From an uncultured Planctomycetaceae bacterium (GTDB lineage Bacteria > Planctomycetota > Planctomycetia > Pirellulales > PALSA-1355), in the NCBI GenBank assembly GCA_963785305.1, contig CAWAUV010000008.1:800001-864000 (forward strand): 64,000 nucleotides of DNA. The letters are read 5' to 3'. The notes below the pieces were generated by a model. It made no database searches and was not told the DNA's origin. It saw nothing but the letters and a program-made list of their open reading frames with translations. Shown here in pieces: positions 1 through 12,005 of this stretch. How positions within the stretch are numbered: position 1 is the first letter of the stretch; each line of letters starts with the position of its first letter. Made by a program: the position numbers and the translations under genes.

Positions 1-176
1 GATTTAGTTTGAGAGCCTATCCGATAACTGCCCCCACTCCCCCTGGGACAGGAGACACGGGGGGCGGAAATTACCACAAAGTCACAAAGACGCGAAGAAG
101 GCAGAAAAGGGAACAAGGAATAATCACCACGACGGACATCGTGGCTGGGCGAGAAGGCAACGGGGGACCGCGGCGG

Positions 177-1127
177 CTATCGTACGCGCAGCCAGCGCGG
201 GGCGAGGCCCAAGGCCAGACCGACTCCGAAGCCGGCGCCGTGGGCCATGTTGGCTACTTGCAGGCGGTCTTGAACCGAGCAGGCCACCAACCAGAGCAGG
301 CACAGAAACACCGTCGAGCCGGGCAGCGATAGTCCCGAGCCCGGCACGAAGCGGCCTTGCATCCATGCGTAGCCAAACAGCGCGAACACCACGCCCGACA
401 TGCCGCCGAAATTGGGCCCGCGGTGAAAATACTGCGCTAGATTCGAGACCACCGCCGCCAGCAACACAATCGCCAGCAGTCGCCACGCGCCCTGCCGCGC
501 TTCGATCAGACCGCCAAGCTGCAACAGCGCCAACATGTTGAACACTAGATGCATCAGCCCGAAATGCAGGAAGATCGGAGTCACCAGCCGCCACAGTTCG
601 CCACGGGCGATTTGTCCCAGCCCGAAATACTTGAGCTGCCAGACATCGATCGGCGCGGCTGCGGCCAGACCGGCAGGGCTCTCTTCAAGGACCAAGACAT
701 TTGGCTCCGTGGCGATGAACAACTCGCTGCCGATTGGCCCGTCGGCCTTTTTTCCCAGGTCGGTCGCCATCGCCACGAGCGCCGAGCAGGCCACGAGCAG
801 CATCGTGAGCCGGCCGGAACCTTGGCCTTGGCGCTGCTTCCAGCGGTCGCCCAGCACGATCGTATTGCGCTGGGCCTTCTTCGCCTCGGCGGCCGCCTCG
901 CGCCGCAGGGCTTCGGCCGCGCCCGCGGCGTCGTAGCGCGGGGCGGTCGGATCGACGCGAAAGGCTTCGAGCTCCTGCTTGCCGGCGGCGAGTTTTTTTT
1001 CATCGACGATCCACAGCGCCCAGCCATCGCCCGCCGTTTCGACGCGCGCGGCGATGCCCAGCGTGAGCAGGTAATCGGCCAGCCGGCGGGCGTCGGCTTC
1101 AATAGCAAGGGTTCCGGCTTGTCGCAT
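177..1127 (-). CDS. Rhomboid family intramembrane serine protease (GlpG-like)
   Basis: ORF 177..1199, probable ATG at 1127. Motifs WRLVTPIFLHFGLMHLVFN, catalytic GMSG and AHGAG; multiple hydrophobic helices. Confidence 0.92.
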   Translation of the reverse strand: MRQAGTLAIEADARRLADYLLTLGIAARVETAGDGWALWIVDEKKLAAGKQELEAFRVDPTAPRYDAAGAAEALRREAAAEAKKAQRNTIVLGDRWKQRQGQGSGRLTMLLVACSALVAMATDLGKKADGPIGSELFIATEPNVLVLEESPAGLAAAAPIDVWQLKYFGLGQIARGELWRLVTPIFLHFGLMHLVFNMLALLQLGGLIEARQGAWRLLAIVLLAAVVSNLAQYFHRGPNFGGMSGVVFALFGYAWMQGRFVPGSGLSLPGSTVFLCLLWLVACSVQDRLQVANMAHGAGFGVGLALGLAPRWLRVR

Positions 1128-1218
1128 GGGCTGGAGGTCGGAGGAGCCAGTGATGTGGGTATTCGATTTTTTGGATCGCCGCGCGATTTCAAAAATCACG
1201 CGCCGTGGCGCGTGGGCG

Positions 1219-1619
1219 TCAAGGCTTGCGAGCCATCGGCGGGGCGTCGCCGATGCGCGCGGTTTCGAGCGTGCCCGAGGTGCTATATCGCAGCGTGAGC
1301 CTGAAGGCGCCCAGCGCGCCGCGCCAGCGATAGACTTCCTCGACCCCGGGGCCGCTTTCGGTCTTGGCGTCGGGCGGCCGATTCAGGAGCGCGTGGATGT
1401 CTTTGGCGGTGAGAGGATGCGCGGCGTCTTTGTCGGCATCCATCGCGGCTTCGACTTTGTCATAGGCGGCTCGCACCGCTTGGCGGGCTTGCATGTCGAT
1501 ATACAGCGCCACGAGCGCGACGACGAGCGCCACCGCGAGCGCCCGCGCGCGAGCAGGCGCAGCGGACCGCGGTTTGGAGAAGTCTCGCGACCAGGGCGTG
1601 TCGTTTCGCGTGCGGCCAT
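1219..1619 (-). CDS. Hypothetical membrane-anchored protein (probable frameshift near 1540)
   Basis: ORF 1219..1533 starts with a hydrophobic stretch (ALVVALVALYIDM). An upstream ATG at 1619 is in another frame. Confidence 0.5.
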
Positions 1620-1713
1620 GCCGGCAGTATTCACGAATCCCCGGTCGAAGGCAATGCGGCGGGCCAAATTATCGCGGTGAACCACCGGGGCGGCCAAGAA
1701 AGTTGGCGCTCGC

Positions 1714-2379
1714 TCAACGGGCCGCCGCCACCGGGGCGCGGGCCGCGGGCCGCGGTTCGAGCGACTCGAGCATCGCCAGCAGCTTCGCCTTGCGATCGCC
1801 GCTCGCGCGGCGGGCCGCCATCTGCAAGTAGACCTTGGCCACGCCCGGCTTGCCGTGGCCGATCGCCTCGCGCGCCTTGCCTTCGAGTTGATCGATTTCT
1901 TGGGCGCCGCGGACCGCCGCCGAGGCGCGGTGCGCCGCAAGTTCGGCAACGCTGGCGATCGGCGCCGGCTCCTCGGAATCGGCCGCGCCCGGGGCGCCGG
2001 CTGGCCTCGCGAGGCCCGCTGCTCCGGCGCGAGCGAGACCCGCGGTTCGGCGCTGGCTCGCGGCTCGGGCAAGCACGGCGCGATCCATCTCATCGAGATC
2101 ATGAATCGTGGCCGTCACACTCGACACACTCGCCCCCTGCGAGCCACCTTGGGAGCGGCTGGGCGGCAAGAATGGCGGCCCAAACTGATTGCTGCCCGAA
2201 CTCGATCGGCTCACCCCGCCCAGCGAGGTCGTGCCGCGGTCGGGCGCCAGCACCGACGAATCGGTGGAGAAATAGCTGTAGGTGGGCAATTGAAGCACTT
2301 GAGCCCAACTGGTCGCCGCCAGGGAGGCGCCGACACCGGCGGCAACCATCGTGGCAAGTCGCTTGCGGATGTTTCGCAT
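1714..2379 (-). CDS. Hypothetical exported protein
   Basis: 221-aa ORF with a signal-peptide-like N-terminus followed by QVLQLPTYSYFSTDSSVLAPDRG and a helical C-terminus. Confidence 0.65.
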   Translation of the reverse strand: MRNIRKRLATMVAAGVGASLAATSWAQVLQLPTYSYFSTDSSVLAPDRGTTSLGGVSRSSSGSNQFGPPFLPPSRSQGGSQGASVSSVTATIHDLDEMDRAVLARAASQRRTAGLARAGAAGLARPAGAPGAADSEEPAPIASVAELAAHRASAAVRGAQEIDQLEGKAREAIGHGKPGVAKVYLQMAARRASGDRKAKLLAMLESLEPRPAARAPVAAAR

Positions 2380-2650
2380 CGCGCGATTCCCGGGTTCCGT
2401 TCCTGCAATCCTTCAATGGCCCGACGCTCGAATTATATGCCCGCTCGCGGCGGCGAAGCAATCGAAACAGCGCGGGCCGCGAAAAACGCCCACGCGACGA
2501 ATTGGCAAGCCGCCCTGGCCCAAGTACAAAAGGAGCATTCTCACCGCTCGCCGGGCATCCGCTCGCCAAGGAACGGGCCGTTCCCGAGCGACGCCCCTCG
2601 GAAGTTGTATCGGTTTTCCATCCCTGTCGTTTTAGCAACGAGGTTTTCGC

Positions 2651-3382
2651 GTGGATCTTTCGGGCAAAACATGTGTAATCACCGGTGGCGCCACCGGAAT
2701 CGGCCAAGCCGTGGCCCAAGCGCTCGCCGGGGCTGGGGTTCGGGTCGTGATTGCCGGCCGGCGCGAAGCCAAGCTCCGCGAGGCCGCGGCCCGCTTCACT
2801 GGCGAGCCCAAGATTCTTACCCACGCGCTCGATGTGACCGACCGCGGGAGCGTGGCCGCGCTATTTGCCTGGGCCGACGCCGAGCTAGGCCGGGTCGACA
2901 TTCTGGTGAACAACGCCGGCATCAACACGCCACGGCGCATGATGGCCGATATCACGCCCGAGATTTGGGACGAGGTGATGCAAATCAACGCCACCGGCAT
3001 GTTCAACTGCATCCATGCCGTGTTGCCGCGGATGCGCGAGCGCGGCGATGGGCTGATCGTGAATATCTCGTCGGTGGCCGGCAAACGCGCATCGGCCCTG
3101 GGCGGCGTGGCCTACTGCGCCTCGAAATTCGCCGCCACGGCCCTTTCGACCGCCGTGGCCCTGGAAGAAGGGCGCCACAATATCCGCGTCACGAGCATCT
3201 GCCCCGGCGAGGTCGACACCCCGATTCTCGAACATCGCCCCCGCCCGGTCACGGCCGAACACCGAGCCACGATCCTGCTGCCCGAGGATGTGGCCGCCGC
3301 GGTGCTCATGGTGGCGAACCTACCTCCGCGCGCCGATGTGGCCGAACTCATCATCAAACCGACGAGCCAGGACTACGCGTAA
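2651..3382 (+). CDS. SDR family NAD(P)-dependent oxidoreductase
   Basis: TGGATGIG Rossmann motif, NNAG, catalytic YCASK; GTG start. Confidence 0.95.
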   Translation: MDLSGKTCVITGGATGIGQAVAQALAGAGVRVVIAGRREAKLREAAARFTGEPKILTHALDVTDRGSVAALFAWADAELGRVDILVNNAGINTPRRMMADITPEIWDEVMQINATGMFNCIHAVLPRMRERGDGLIVNISSVAGKRASALGGVAYCASKFAATALSTAVALEEGRHNIRVTSICPGEVDTPILEHRPRPVTAEHRATILLPEDVAAAVLMVANLPPRADVAELIIKPTSQDYA

Positions 3383-3387
3383 GCCGA

Positions 3388-5938
3388 TCATCGCGGCTTG
3401 GCGAACTCGTCGCTCGCCCTCTCGGCGCAGTGAAAATCCGACATTTCGCGCGTTGCCCGTTCGCTTCCGTCCCAGAGGACCGCGGCCTTACGCGGTCGCC
3501 ACACGCCGTCGATCTCGGCGTAGTCGTCGAGTAGGGTCTCTTGCAGAATATCGCGAGCGGCTTCCGTGATCGGGTAGGCGATCTTTACGAGGCGATGCGA
3601 TTGGGGATCGAAATAGAGCTGCACATCGCGATGCCCCTCGCGACGCACGAGCACTCCCTCGACCGCTCGCTCGCCCAGGCGGGCGTCCTTGATGAGCGCC
3701 AACCGATATTCGCGATCGGCCAGCGCGGGGTAGATCAGGCCGACGCTCTCCGAATGCATTCGCTCGGCATATTCCGCCACGCCGTCGCCGGGCAATTCCG
3801 AGACACTATTGTTGCTCTTGAGCCAACCGTGTTCGCCGTCGAGCACGAGCTGTATCTTGAAAGCGAAGCTGCTCACCGCCAGCCGATAGCGCGAGGCCCA
3901 GGGCTCGAGCGAAATCTGGCCATCGTAGGGAACCGACACCGGGCCCATGTTTACCGAGCCTTTGATTTTGCACGAAACCACGGGCTTGGCCGCCAATCGC
4001 TCTTGGCCGCCCAGCGCCGCGAGGCCGCGCTCGAGAATTTCGCGGGCTTGTTGTTTTGCCGCCGCGTCGTCGATAGCCAGAGGCGATTTGGTGGAGTCGG
4101 TGGGCTTTGCCGGATCGGCGCTCGTGGCCGGCTCGTCGAGGCCGATGAAGCCGAAATAGCCGATCATCATTTCGTCCCACGTTTGTTCGCCCCAGCGAAC
4201 GCGAGCCGTGGGATCGGGATTCGCGAGATTGTGCTCCGAATTGTCGAAGTGGGCCACGCAAACAAGCTGTGTTCCGGCCGGCAAGGTCTTGGGCTCGGCG
4301 AGCTCGTAGCGGAGTTGCCAGTTGAAATCGTAGTGGGGCACATCGAGCAGAGTTTCGGTCTTGCCGTTGGGATAGATCGCTTCGTAGCGAAACGATTTGC
4401 CGCGCAGGTGCATGTGCGGCATCATGCTGAGCAGTTCGATGTCGCGGTTGAACTTATGCACGGCCCGCACTTCCAGGTCTTCGGCGCCCGGCTCGAGCTC
4501 GAACATCACATTGAGAGCGCCGCCGCCATCGACGCGGCGCTTGACCTTGGCTGGATCGGCGAACACCAGACCCAGCGCACTGCGGTCCTTGGCCGCGGTT
4601 CCGTTGGGAGTGTAGTGCATTTGAAAGAGAATCTTGGAGCCGGCCGGAACGAAGATCGCCATGTCGTCGCGGCAGCGCACCGGCGGAATGCCCGGCGCGA
4701 ACCCGATCATCGGGCCCTTCACTCCCACGCGCGGCTTCACGCCCGGCGGAATGAAGGTGGCGATCATGTGATGCACCACCGCGCGATTGCCGGGCCGGCT
4801 CTCGGCCATTTTGATCCAATGATCTTCCTTGAAGCCGGGATCGACGGTGAAGTGTTTGTAACGCACCACGCCCTCGGCCGGCACATCGACCGGCTCCTCC
4901 GAGATATAAACCACCTGATCCGGCGCGTCGATCTGCCAGCCGGTGGCGAACTCGCGCGGGGCCGGCAAATGGCCGCGGTCGCCCTCGGGCGCGCCGGCGT
5001 CGAGCCAGGCGAAGAGCATTTGCCTTTCGTCGTCGCCCAGGTGGCAATCGTTGGCGAACTTGCCGTAGCGCGGATCGGCGAACCAAGGCGGCATACGGCG
5101 GTCTTCGACCACTTCGCGAATCGTTTCGCGCCAGGGCGCCACTTCCGCGTAGCTGGTCAGCGGAAAGGGCGCCACTTCGCCCTCGCGATGACACGCCACG
5201 CAGCGGTCTTGGAACATCCGCGAAATCTGATCGGAATAGGTCACCTTGGGGCTCGCCGCCGCCGCAGGCGGTTTGTTCGCCGGGGCGCTGATCGAGCGCC
5301 GTTGCTTCGAGCGGCGCCGCGCGGCCAATGTGGCAACCCACGGCCGGGGTCTCGGCCACGCTCACCGGCTTGCCATCCAAGAGATCAGTGATCGCGAGTT
5401 TCAAGTCTTCGCGCGAAGCGTGCGGCCGATGCTTGCCAACGAGATATTGATCGTCGATCCGGCCGTGGTAGCGAACCACGCGATCGGCGTCGAGCACGAA
5501 CAGTTCGGGAGTCCGCTCGGCCCCAAACTGGTCGGCTACCGTGTTGCCCGGGTCTTTGAGCAGCGGAAACGGTAATTTGTATTCCCGGTCAAACGCGGCC
5601 AAGTCGGCGAGCGAATCTTGGCTGTTCGAGTCGATCGCCACGAACGCGACGCGCTTCGGGCCGAACTCGCGCTCGAAGCCCGCCAGCTTCGGAATAATCA
5701 GCTTGGCGACCGGGCACTCGGTTCCGATAAACGCCACCACCACGAGTCGGCTGTCTTTCAATTCGGCGAGAGTCACCGGCTTGCCGCGAAAATCTCGGAG
5801 CGAAAAGCCATCGATCTTGCGAGGCGCCGCCTCGGGCGCCGAAGGAGTTTCGGCGCGAGCGACTTTGGGGAATTGTCCAGAGAATGCTTCGGCGAAGCCG
5901 AGCGCCGCGAAGAGCGAGAAAAGCAGAATCCGTTGCAT
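3388..5938 (-). CDS. Redoxin domain + CxxCH + copper-monooxygenase-like protein with C-terminal extension (frameshift near 5330)
   Basis: N-part (frame of ORF 4454..6325, ATG 5938) has a signal peptide, FIGTECP, GAERTPE, YHGRIDDQY. C-part (ORF 3388..5328) has CVACH, MPPW, VVHH, MHYTP, PHMHLRG, YDFNWQ, WGEQTWDEM. Confidence 0.85.
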
Positions 5939-6248
5939 CAACGTCGACTCCTGGGAGAACTGAATCCGAACCCGATGAAATCGTTTCCGGCGATATCCCA
6001 TTTGAACGCCGGCCCCCTGATTATACCCACGCCGCCGGGAGTTTGTGTCAGCGGGGGGGGCGGGATAGATCGGAATTCGCGACGGGATCGCCTCACGCGG
6101 AGAAGAACGGTGGGATAGAACGGGGTCGCGGCGGGATCGTGGCGGGACGACACTGCCGAGGAACGGCCCACGGTGGAGGGTCGCGAATCGGTCGCGGTTG
6201 CCCGCCGCGGGCGCCGCGAAAACGGCAAGCGACCGCGGAACGCGGCTC

Positions 6249-7298
6249 TTAGAACTGGCTCGCGTCGACGATGACATTGTCGGCTCGTCCGCCGAGCGCC
6301 GCGTAGACGACCGCGCCGATTTCATAAGCGATCAAATGCACCGATCCGTCGCAGAAGACAAAATAGGGGCCGGCCAAATGGGCGGATCCGAACTGGGTGT
6401 CGCTATCGACGCCCGGCGTGTCCACCATCGGTGGACTGGCCGCGAGGGCCCATCGCATATTGTCCCAGTCGTGCCCAATGAAGAGGCTGTTATTGTCGCC
6501 CGGCGGCTGGCCCGCGGGAGGACTCACATAATAGTCGGGGCACATGTATTTTTCGCCGATTAAGAACGTGCTGCTCAAGCCATCGGTGACCATCGCCGGC
6601 TTGATTTGGCTGCGCAAGAAGGCGATGCCGTTGAAGATCGTGGTATTGGGCCAGCTATTGAATGTGGTCTCCCAAGAGCCCGAGCCTGACGGCGCGGCGT
6701 CGCCCGCGGCTAATGACGGCGGCCCCACCAGATACTCGACGCTATTCGCCGCCGATCCGGCGTTGACCGCGTAGTCGGTTTTGCCGCAGGGGGAACCGTA
6801 GCCCGCGCTTGTGTTGTAGTAGATCGGACTGTTCGAGGTGTCGGTCATCGTGTAGAGCTGCGAATTGCGCCGCGAGGGGCAATTGATGGATTCGATCGTG
6901 CTCGCGTTGAGCTGGGCGAGCAGGGTCGGCTTCATGGCGGAACTGGCGCCCGCTCCGAGTTGTCGCAAGCTTGACTGTTCGATAAACGGCAGGATGTTGT
7001 AGATCCATCCGCCGGGCTGCTGAATCGAAAAGCCCCGATCCGGATCGCCACTCCAGCAATAGCCCCAGCCATCGGTCGGGAAATAAATTCGTGCTTGGGC
7101 ATGCTGAATCATGCCGAGCCCGAGTTGCTTGAGATTGTTTTGGCAACTTGTCCGCCGCGCGGCGTCCCGCGCGGCTTGCGCCGCGGGCAGCAATAGGCTG
7201 ATCAACACGCCGATGATGGCGATCACGACGAGCAATTCCACGAGGGTGAATGCCGCCCGCGGCGCGCCGATTCGCGACTCCAACCGCGTCGCCAGCAT
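6249..7298 (-). CDS. DUF1559 prepilin-type N-terminal cleavage/methylation domain protein
   Basis: [24 protein letters not shown]...[27 protein letters not shown]...FCDGSV. Confidence 0.93.
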   Translation of the reverse strand: MLATRLESRIGAPRAAFTLVELLVVIAIIGVLISLLLPAAQAARDAARRTSCQNNLKQLGLGMIQHAQARIYFPTDGWGYCWSGDPDRGFSIQQPGGWIYNILPFIEQSSLRQLGAGASSAMKPTLLAQLNASTIESINCPSRRNSQLYTMTDTSNSPIYYNTSAGYGSPCGKTDYAVNAGSAANSVEYLVGPPSLAAGDAAPSGSGSWETTFNSWPNTTIFNGIAFLRSQIKPAMVTDGLSSTFLIGEKYMCPDYYVSPPAGQPPGDNNSLFIGHDWDNMRWALAASPPMVDTPGVDSDTQFGSAHLAGPYFVFCDGSVHLIAYEIGAVVYAALGGRADNVIVDASQF

Positions 7299-7905
7299 TG
7301 CTTGAACTTTCCGAGCCCGGTTCGAAAGGAGTCGCATCGTGTCCGAGAAGACGTGTCCCGCGGGGGTTTCCTGGCCCGAGCCCACGCCTTCGCCAACGAC
7401 GCCGGAGTGAAATCCGACACTTTTTACTTATGCGTTCGCAATATAAACGACGGGAAAATTCCCCGCAATTTTTTTGAATATTTACGCGCGGCGAATTACG
7501 GCGCCCATGCCGCTCGCGCCGGGGAGGCAGCCGATTGCCGCATGAATTGTTCGATAATCAAGCGGCGATACGATTCAGCGGAAGATTCCATGCGTGGCCT
7601 CGACCCGTGTTTCCAATGAAAGACGCGATCGCGAGCGGCGTTTCATTCCGAAGGGAGACGCGCGGCGGCGGGCCGAGGTTCGTTTCGCGAGCGGCAATTC
7701 GCCTGTCGGGGGGGGGGGCGGGATTTGATTCTTGGCGCCGCATGGCTTCTAATTGTATCGCTAGCGACTCGCGGCGGCGCGTCCTGCCCAGTCGCTGGAG
7801 ACCGGCGCCCGGCTGCGGTCTCCAGCGGTATTCGGCGCCGTTATTATGGGAAATGTCCCGCTTCTCGCCAACGCGCACGCACCCTTCAATCAAGGAGTCG
7901 ATCTC

Positions 7906-8982
7906 ATGTCGCACCCGTCTCGTGTTTGTTCGGATTGCAACTCGGCGCCGCTCGGCGAGCATGCTCCCTCGCGGCGAGAGTTCTTGGCGCCACCGCCACG
8001 CTGGGCGCCGCCGCGGCCGTGGCTTCGCTCGCGCCCGCGCGCTGCACGCCGCCGACGCCGCAGCCAGCACGGCGGCTAGTTCCGCCGGCGCCGCGCCCGA
8101 GACCGTGGCCAAGCTGCTCTATGATTCGCTCACCGAACAGCAAAAGCCGCTTGTCGCCTTCGCCTGGGACCACAAGGACAAGCGCGGCCTCTTGCGCACG
8201 CGTGTCGAAAACAATTGGCACATCACCCAGCCAGCCATCAACGACGATTTCTTCACCGCCGATCAACGGGCCATGGTGCGTCATATCTTCGAGGGCATTA
8301 TCCAGCCCGACTGGCATAAGCGGATCGATCAGCAGCTTGAAGACGACGCCGGCGGGTTCGGCTACGATCAGAACATCGCGTTTTTCGGCGTGCCCGGCGG
8401 CAAGGAATTCGAGTTCGTGATGACCGGCCGGCACATGACGTTGCGTTGCGATGGCAACGCGGCCGAGCATGTCGCTTTCGGCGGACCGATCTTCTATGGC
8501 CACGCCGCCGAAGGCTTCAACGAAAAACCAAACCATCCGGGCAATGTCTTCTGGCCGCAGGCTCTGGCGGCGAACAAAGTCTATGAAATGCTCGACGGCA
8601 AGCAGCGCGACCGAGCGATGGTGGCCCGATTGCCCAAGGAATCGCAAGTCGCTTTCCGAGGCGAGCAAGAGCGGCCGGGCCTGGCGGTGGCGGAGATGTC
8701 GCCCGATCAGCGCGAGCTGGTTCAACAAGTGCTGCAAAAGCTGATCGAGCCCTACCGGCAGAGCGATCGCGATGAGGTCGTGGCGTGTCTCAAGCAACAG
8801 GGCGGGCTCGACAAATGTTCGCTCGCCTTTTATCGCGATGGCGACCTGGGCTCCGACAGCGTGTGGGACTGCTGGCGGCTCGAGGGCCCGGCGTTTGTGT
8901 GGTACTTCCGCGGGGCGCCCATGTGCATGCCTGGGTCAACGTGGCCGACACGCCGCAAGTGGCGACCAACGCGGCGGGCTGA
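7906..8982 (+). CDS. DUF3500-like protein with Tat-type signal (frameshifts near 7990 and 8920)
   Basis: ATG 7906 after AGGAG, SRREFL twin-arginine motif. Main frame (7535..9043) has GRHMTLRCDG, FGGPIFYGH, WRLEGPAFVWYFRG. C-terminal HVHAWVNV is in the frame ending at 8982. Confidence 0.75.
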
Positions 8983-9015
8983 AGCTCGCCCCGAGTGTCG
9001 AAAAGGCCCCGGCGA

Positions 9016-10114
9016 CTATAGAATCAGCATCGCGTCGCCGTAGCTGTAGAAGCGGTATTCTTCCTCGATCGCTTGTTCATAAGCGCGGCGCATGAGGGCG
9101 TCGCCGCCGAAGGCGCGAACCAGCACCAAGAGCGTCGAGCGCGGCAAGTGAAAATTCGTCAGCAACGCATCGACGCCCTTGAACGCATACGGCGGTCGGA
9201 TGAACAGATTGGTCGGGCCTTCGAACGGCGCGATCTGGCCATCGCGGGCCGCGGTTTCAAGCACTCGGGCCGCCGTGGTGCCCACCGCCACCACGCGCCG
9301 GCCGGCGGCCTTCACCGCCGCGAGCCGCGTGCCCACATCGGCCTCCAGCCGAATCCACTCGGAATGCATGCGATGGTCGTCCAATCGATCGACGCCGATC
9401 GGGCGGAAGGTGTCGAGCCCCACATGGAGCGTCACTTGTTCGAGACCGACTCCAGCCTTTGCCAGACGGCCAAGCAGTTCGCTGGTGAAGTGCAAGCCGG
9501 CCGTGGGCGCGGCGGCGGAGCCGGGTTCCCGGGCATATACGGTTTGATAGCGCTCGCGATCCGATTCGGTCATGCGCCCACCGCGAATATAGTGCGGAAG
9601 CGGCACATGGCCCACGCGATCGAGCATGGCGAGCGTTCGCCGCCGCGGCGATCCGGCCGCTTCGGTGTCCTCATCATCGGGCCACGGAAAGGCGGGGTCG
9701 GGTTCGGGCGCGGCCAGCCATGCGCCGCCCGGCTCGCGCGAGCAGCCGCAGCCGCACCTCGCGGCGCCCTTCGGCGTCGACGAGTTGGATCATTTCGCCG
9801 GGCCGCGCCTTGCCACGGGTCTTGGCCAGCATTCGCCACACGCCATGTTCATCGGCCGCCAGGAATAGGCCCTCCCATCGGCCGCCGGTCTCGCTCCGAA
9901 AACCAAACAGCCGCGCCGGCACGACCCGACTATTGTTCACCACCAAACAGTCGCCCGGCGCGAGCACTTCGGGCAAGTCGCGGACATGGCGCCCCTCGAT
10001 CGAGCCGGCGCGGCGATCGATCACCATCAAGCGCGCATCGGCCCGCCGGGCAAGCGGATGCTGGGCGATGAGCGCCTGCGGCAAGCGATAGTCGTAGTCG
10101 TCGATTTCGGACAT
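9016..10114 (-). CDS. queA: S-adenosylmethionine:tRNA ribosyltransferase-isomerase (frameshifted near 9630-9740)
   Basis: YDYRLPQALIAQHP, NNSRVVPARL, GHVPLPHYI, YQTVYA, AAPTAGLHF, TNFHLPRSTL, YRFYSYGDAMLI. Confidence 0.95.
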
Positions 10115-10253
10115 CCGCGTAAAACTCTCGGGACCGCGGGGTGAACATTCTAGGGGACAATTGCGAAAAACCATCGTCCGACAATAAAGCAAAACAGCCC
10201 GGCGAGGCCGAGCCGCGTGCGTCGATGCCGAGCCGCGCGGGGGCGTGGCGCCG

Positions 10254-11363
10254 TTATTTCTCGGCTGGGACTTCGGTGGCCGCCGCCGCGGCGGGCGGGG
10301 CGCCGAGGTCGATATACACATCGAGCTGTTGGCCCACATAGAGCCGCTGGCCGGCCTTGCCGGGATCGCGCTCAAACGCGTAGATCACGGGCAACACGCG
10401 CGTGTCGACCCGTTCCGTATTGTCGCCGGTGAGCGACTTCTTGGGAACCACATATGGTTCGACGCGCACGAAACGCAGGGCAAAGTCGCGCTTCGATTGT
10501 CCGCGCAGCGTGCCACGCGCCGGGGCGCCCGGCACAAACCGCGGAATGTCGTGCTCGTCGATATCGACGCGCACATGCATTTCATCCAAATTGCCGATCA
10601 GCACCAGTGGCTTGTTCGCCGGCGCCGCCACGAACTCGCCCGGCCGCACTTCCACTTGCAGCACCACGCCCTCGACAAGGCTCCGCACCACGAGTCGCTC
10701 GAGCTCGGCTTCGATCTGCTGCTGCTGGGCGACCATTTGGGCGAGCGCGGCCCGCGAAATGTCGATCTCATAGCTCCAGGCGCCCGAACGGGTCATTTCG
10801 CATTCGATGCGGGCCTTGTCGAACTTGGCTTTGCAGGCGTGGAATACTTGCTCGCGTGTTTTCAGTTCCGAGTCGGTCGTGGCATGGCGCTCGGCCAGGG
10901 CCCGACTACGCTCATACTGATCTTTTTGGTCGAGCATGTTGGCGCGGGCTTCTTCGAGCTGCGCCTCCATCATCCGCAAATTTTCCGGGCGGGGCATGTG
11001 CTCGAGCTTGGCCAGATCGGCCTGGGCGCTGGCCACGGCGGCCTTGCGGGCCAGGAGATCGGCCTTGAGCAAACGGTCGTCGAGTCGAAACAGCGGCGAC
11101 CCGACCTCGACATGGTCTTCGACTTTGACAAACACCTCGACCACCACGCCGGCCACGGGCGAGCCGATGGCGATGTTCTCGGTGGCGGCTTCAATCAGCC
11201 CGGCCCCGGCCACGGTCGAGGCGAAGGGATTGCGAGTCGGCTCGATGATCGGCGGACGATGGCTTTCGGGCTTTTGGGCCGTGGTGACATGCACCACGGC
11301 AAACACGATCGCCACGACGGCCAAGAGCGGCAGCAAGAATCGAGTAAAAACCCCGCTCACCAC
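10254..11363 (-). CDS. HlyD-family efflux periplasmic adaptor subunit
   Basis: N-terminal TM helix, split biotinyl-lipoyl-like domain (GSPVAGVVVEVFVKVED...), coiled coil, RVEPYVVPKKSLTGDNTERVDTRVL. Confidence 0.85.
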   Translation of the reverse strand: MVSGVFTRFLLPLLAVVAIVFAVVHVTTAQKPESHRPPIIEPTRNPFASTVAGAGLIEAATENIAIGSPVAGVVVEVFVKVEDHVEVGSPLFRLDDRLLKADLLARKAAVASAQADLAKLEHMPRPENLRMMEAQLEEARANMLDQKDQYERSRALAERHATTDSELKTREQVFHACKAKFDKARIECEMTRSGAWSYEIDISRAALAQMVAQQQQIEAELERLVVRSLVEGVVLQVEVRPGEFVAAPANKPLVLIGNLDEMHVRVDIDEHDIPRFVPGAPARGTLRGQSKRDFALRFVRVEPYVVPKKSLTGDNTERVDTRVLPVIYAFERDPGKAGQRLYVGQQLDVYIDLGAPPAAAAATEVPAEK

Positions 11364-11472
11364 GAAACCCTCCAGGTTGCTAGTCGGGCCGCGAAGTGTC
11401 GCGGCCGCGCGCCCTCCGCATTATATCGCCGGCGCCCAATCCAGGCGATGCGGACTTGTCACGAGGTTAGCG

Positions 11473-11495
11473 GCCTGTCGAGATATTCGACAGGC
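11473..11495. repeat. Short palindrome GCCTGTCGA-N5-TCGACAGGC
   Basis: Perfect 9-bp inverted repeat; resembles the palindrome at 13204-13230. Confidence 0.6.
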
Positions 11496-12005
11496 TATTA
11501 GGATTCGCGATCAGATAACTTCCCAGACGTCCTTGGGCATGACAAACGAGCTCCAGCGTGGCAAAGACCGGGTCGAACCGGATTGGTAATTCATTTACGC
11601 CGCGAGCGCTTGCTCGTTCGCCGATTTCATGGAGGCCGCACGGTCTCCGCGCGAATACCCGCGGCCCGGCGCCGGTCGTGACCCGCGAGCCGAGGAACGC
11701 CGAAGGCAAACCCCTCGCCGCCGCGAATCGCCGCCTCGTCGCCCATCGCCTCGTCGCTAGCCTCGCGGCCCCGCCGGCGGCGACGCGTAATTCGCCGCAA
11801 TCGACCTTCCCCCTAGGGGATGCCAACAGGCGAGGAATAAGGAGCTTCACCACCGACTCAACTGCCCCAAAACCAATGCGCGCGTATCGACGGACATTAC
11901 CGAAGCCCCGCGGCGATCAAAGCAACGAAACGCGCCGTGCTGGTCGACGTCGATTTTGATGTAACCGATAGACGCGCGAGAGCCATTTCGGTGTCTCTGG
12001 AGGGA

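Noticed and set aside
9016..11363. Functional link between the orphan HlyD adaptor and queA
   Set aside because: They are only co-oriented neighbours, 139 bp apart, with no mechanistic or sequence evidence of coupling.
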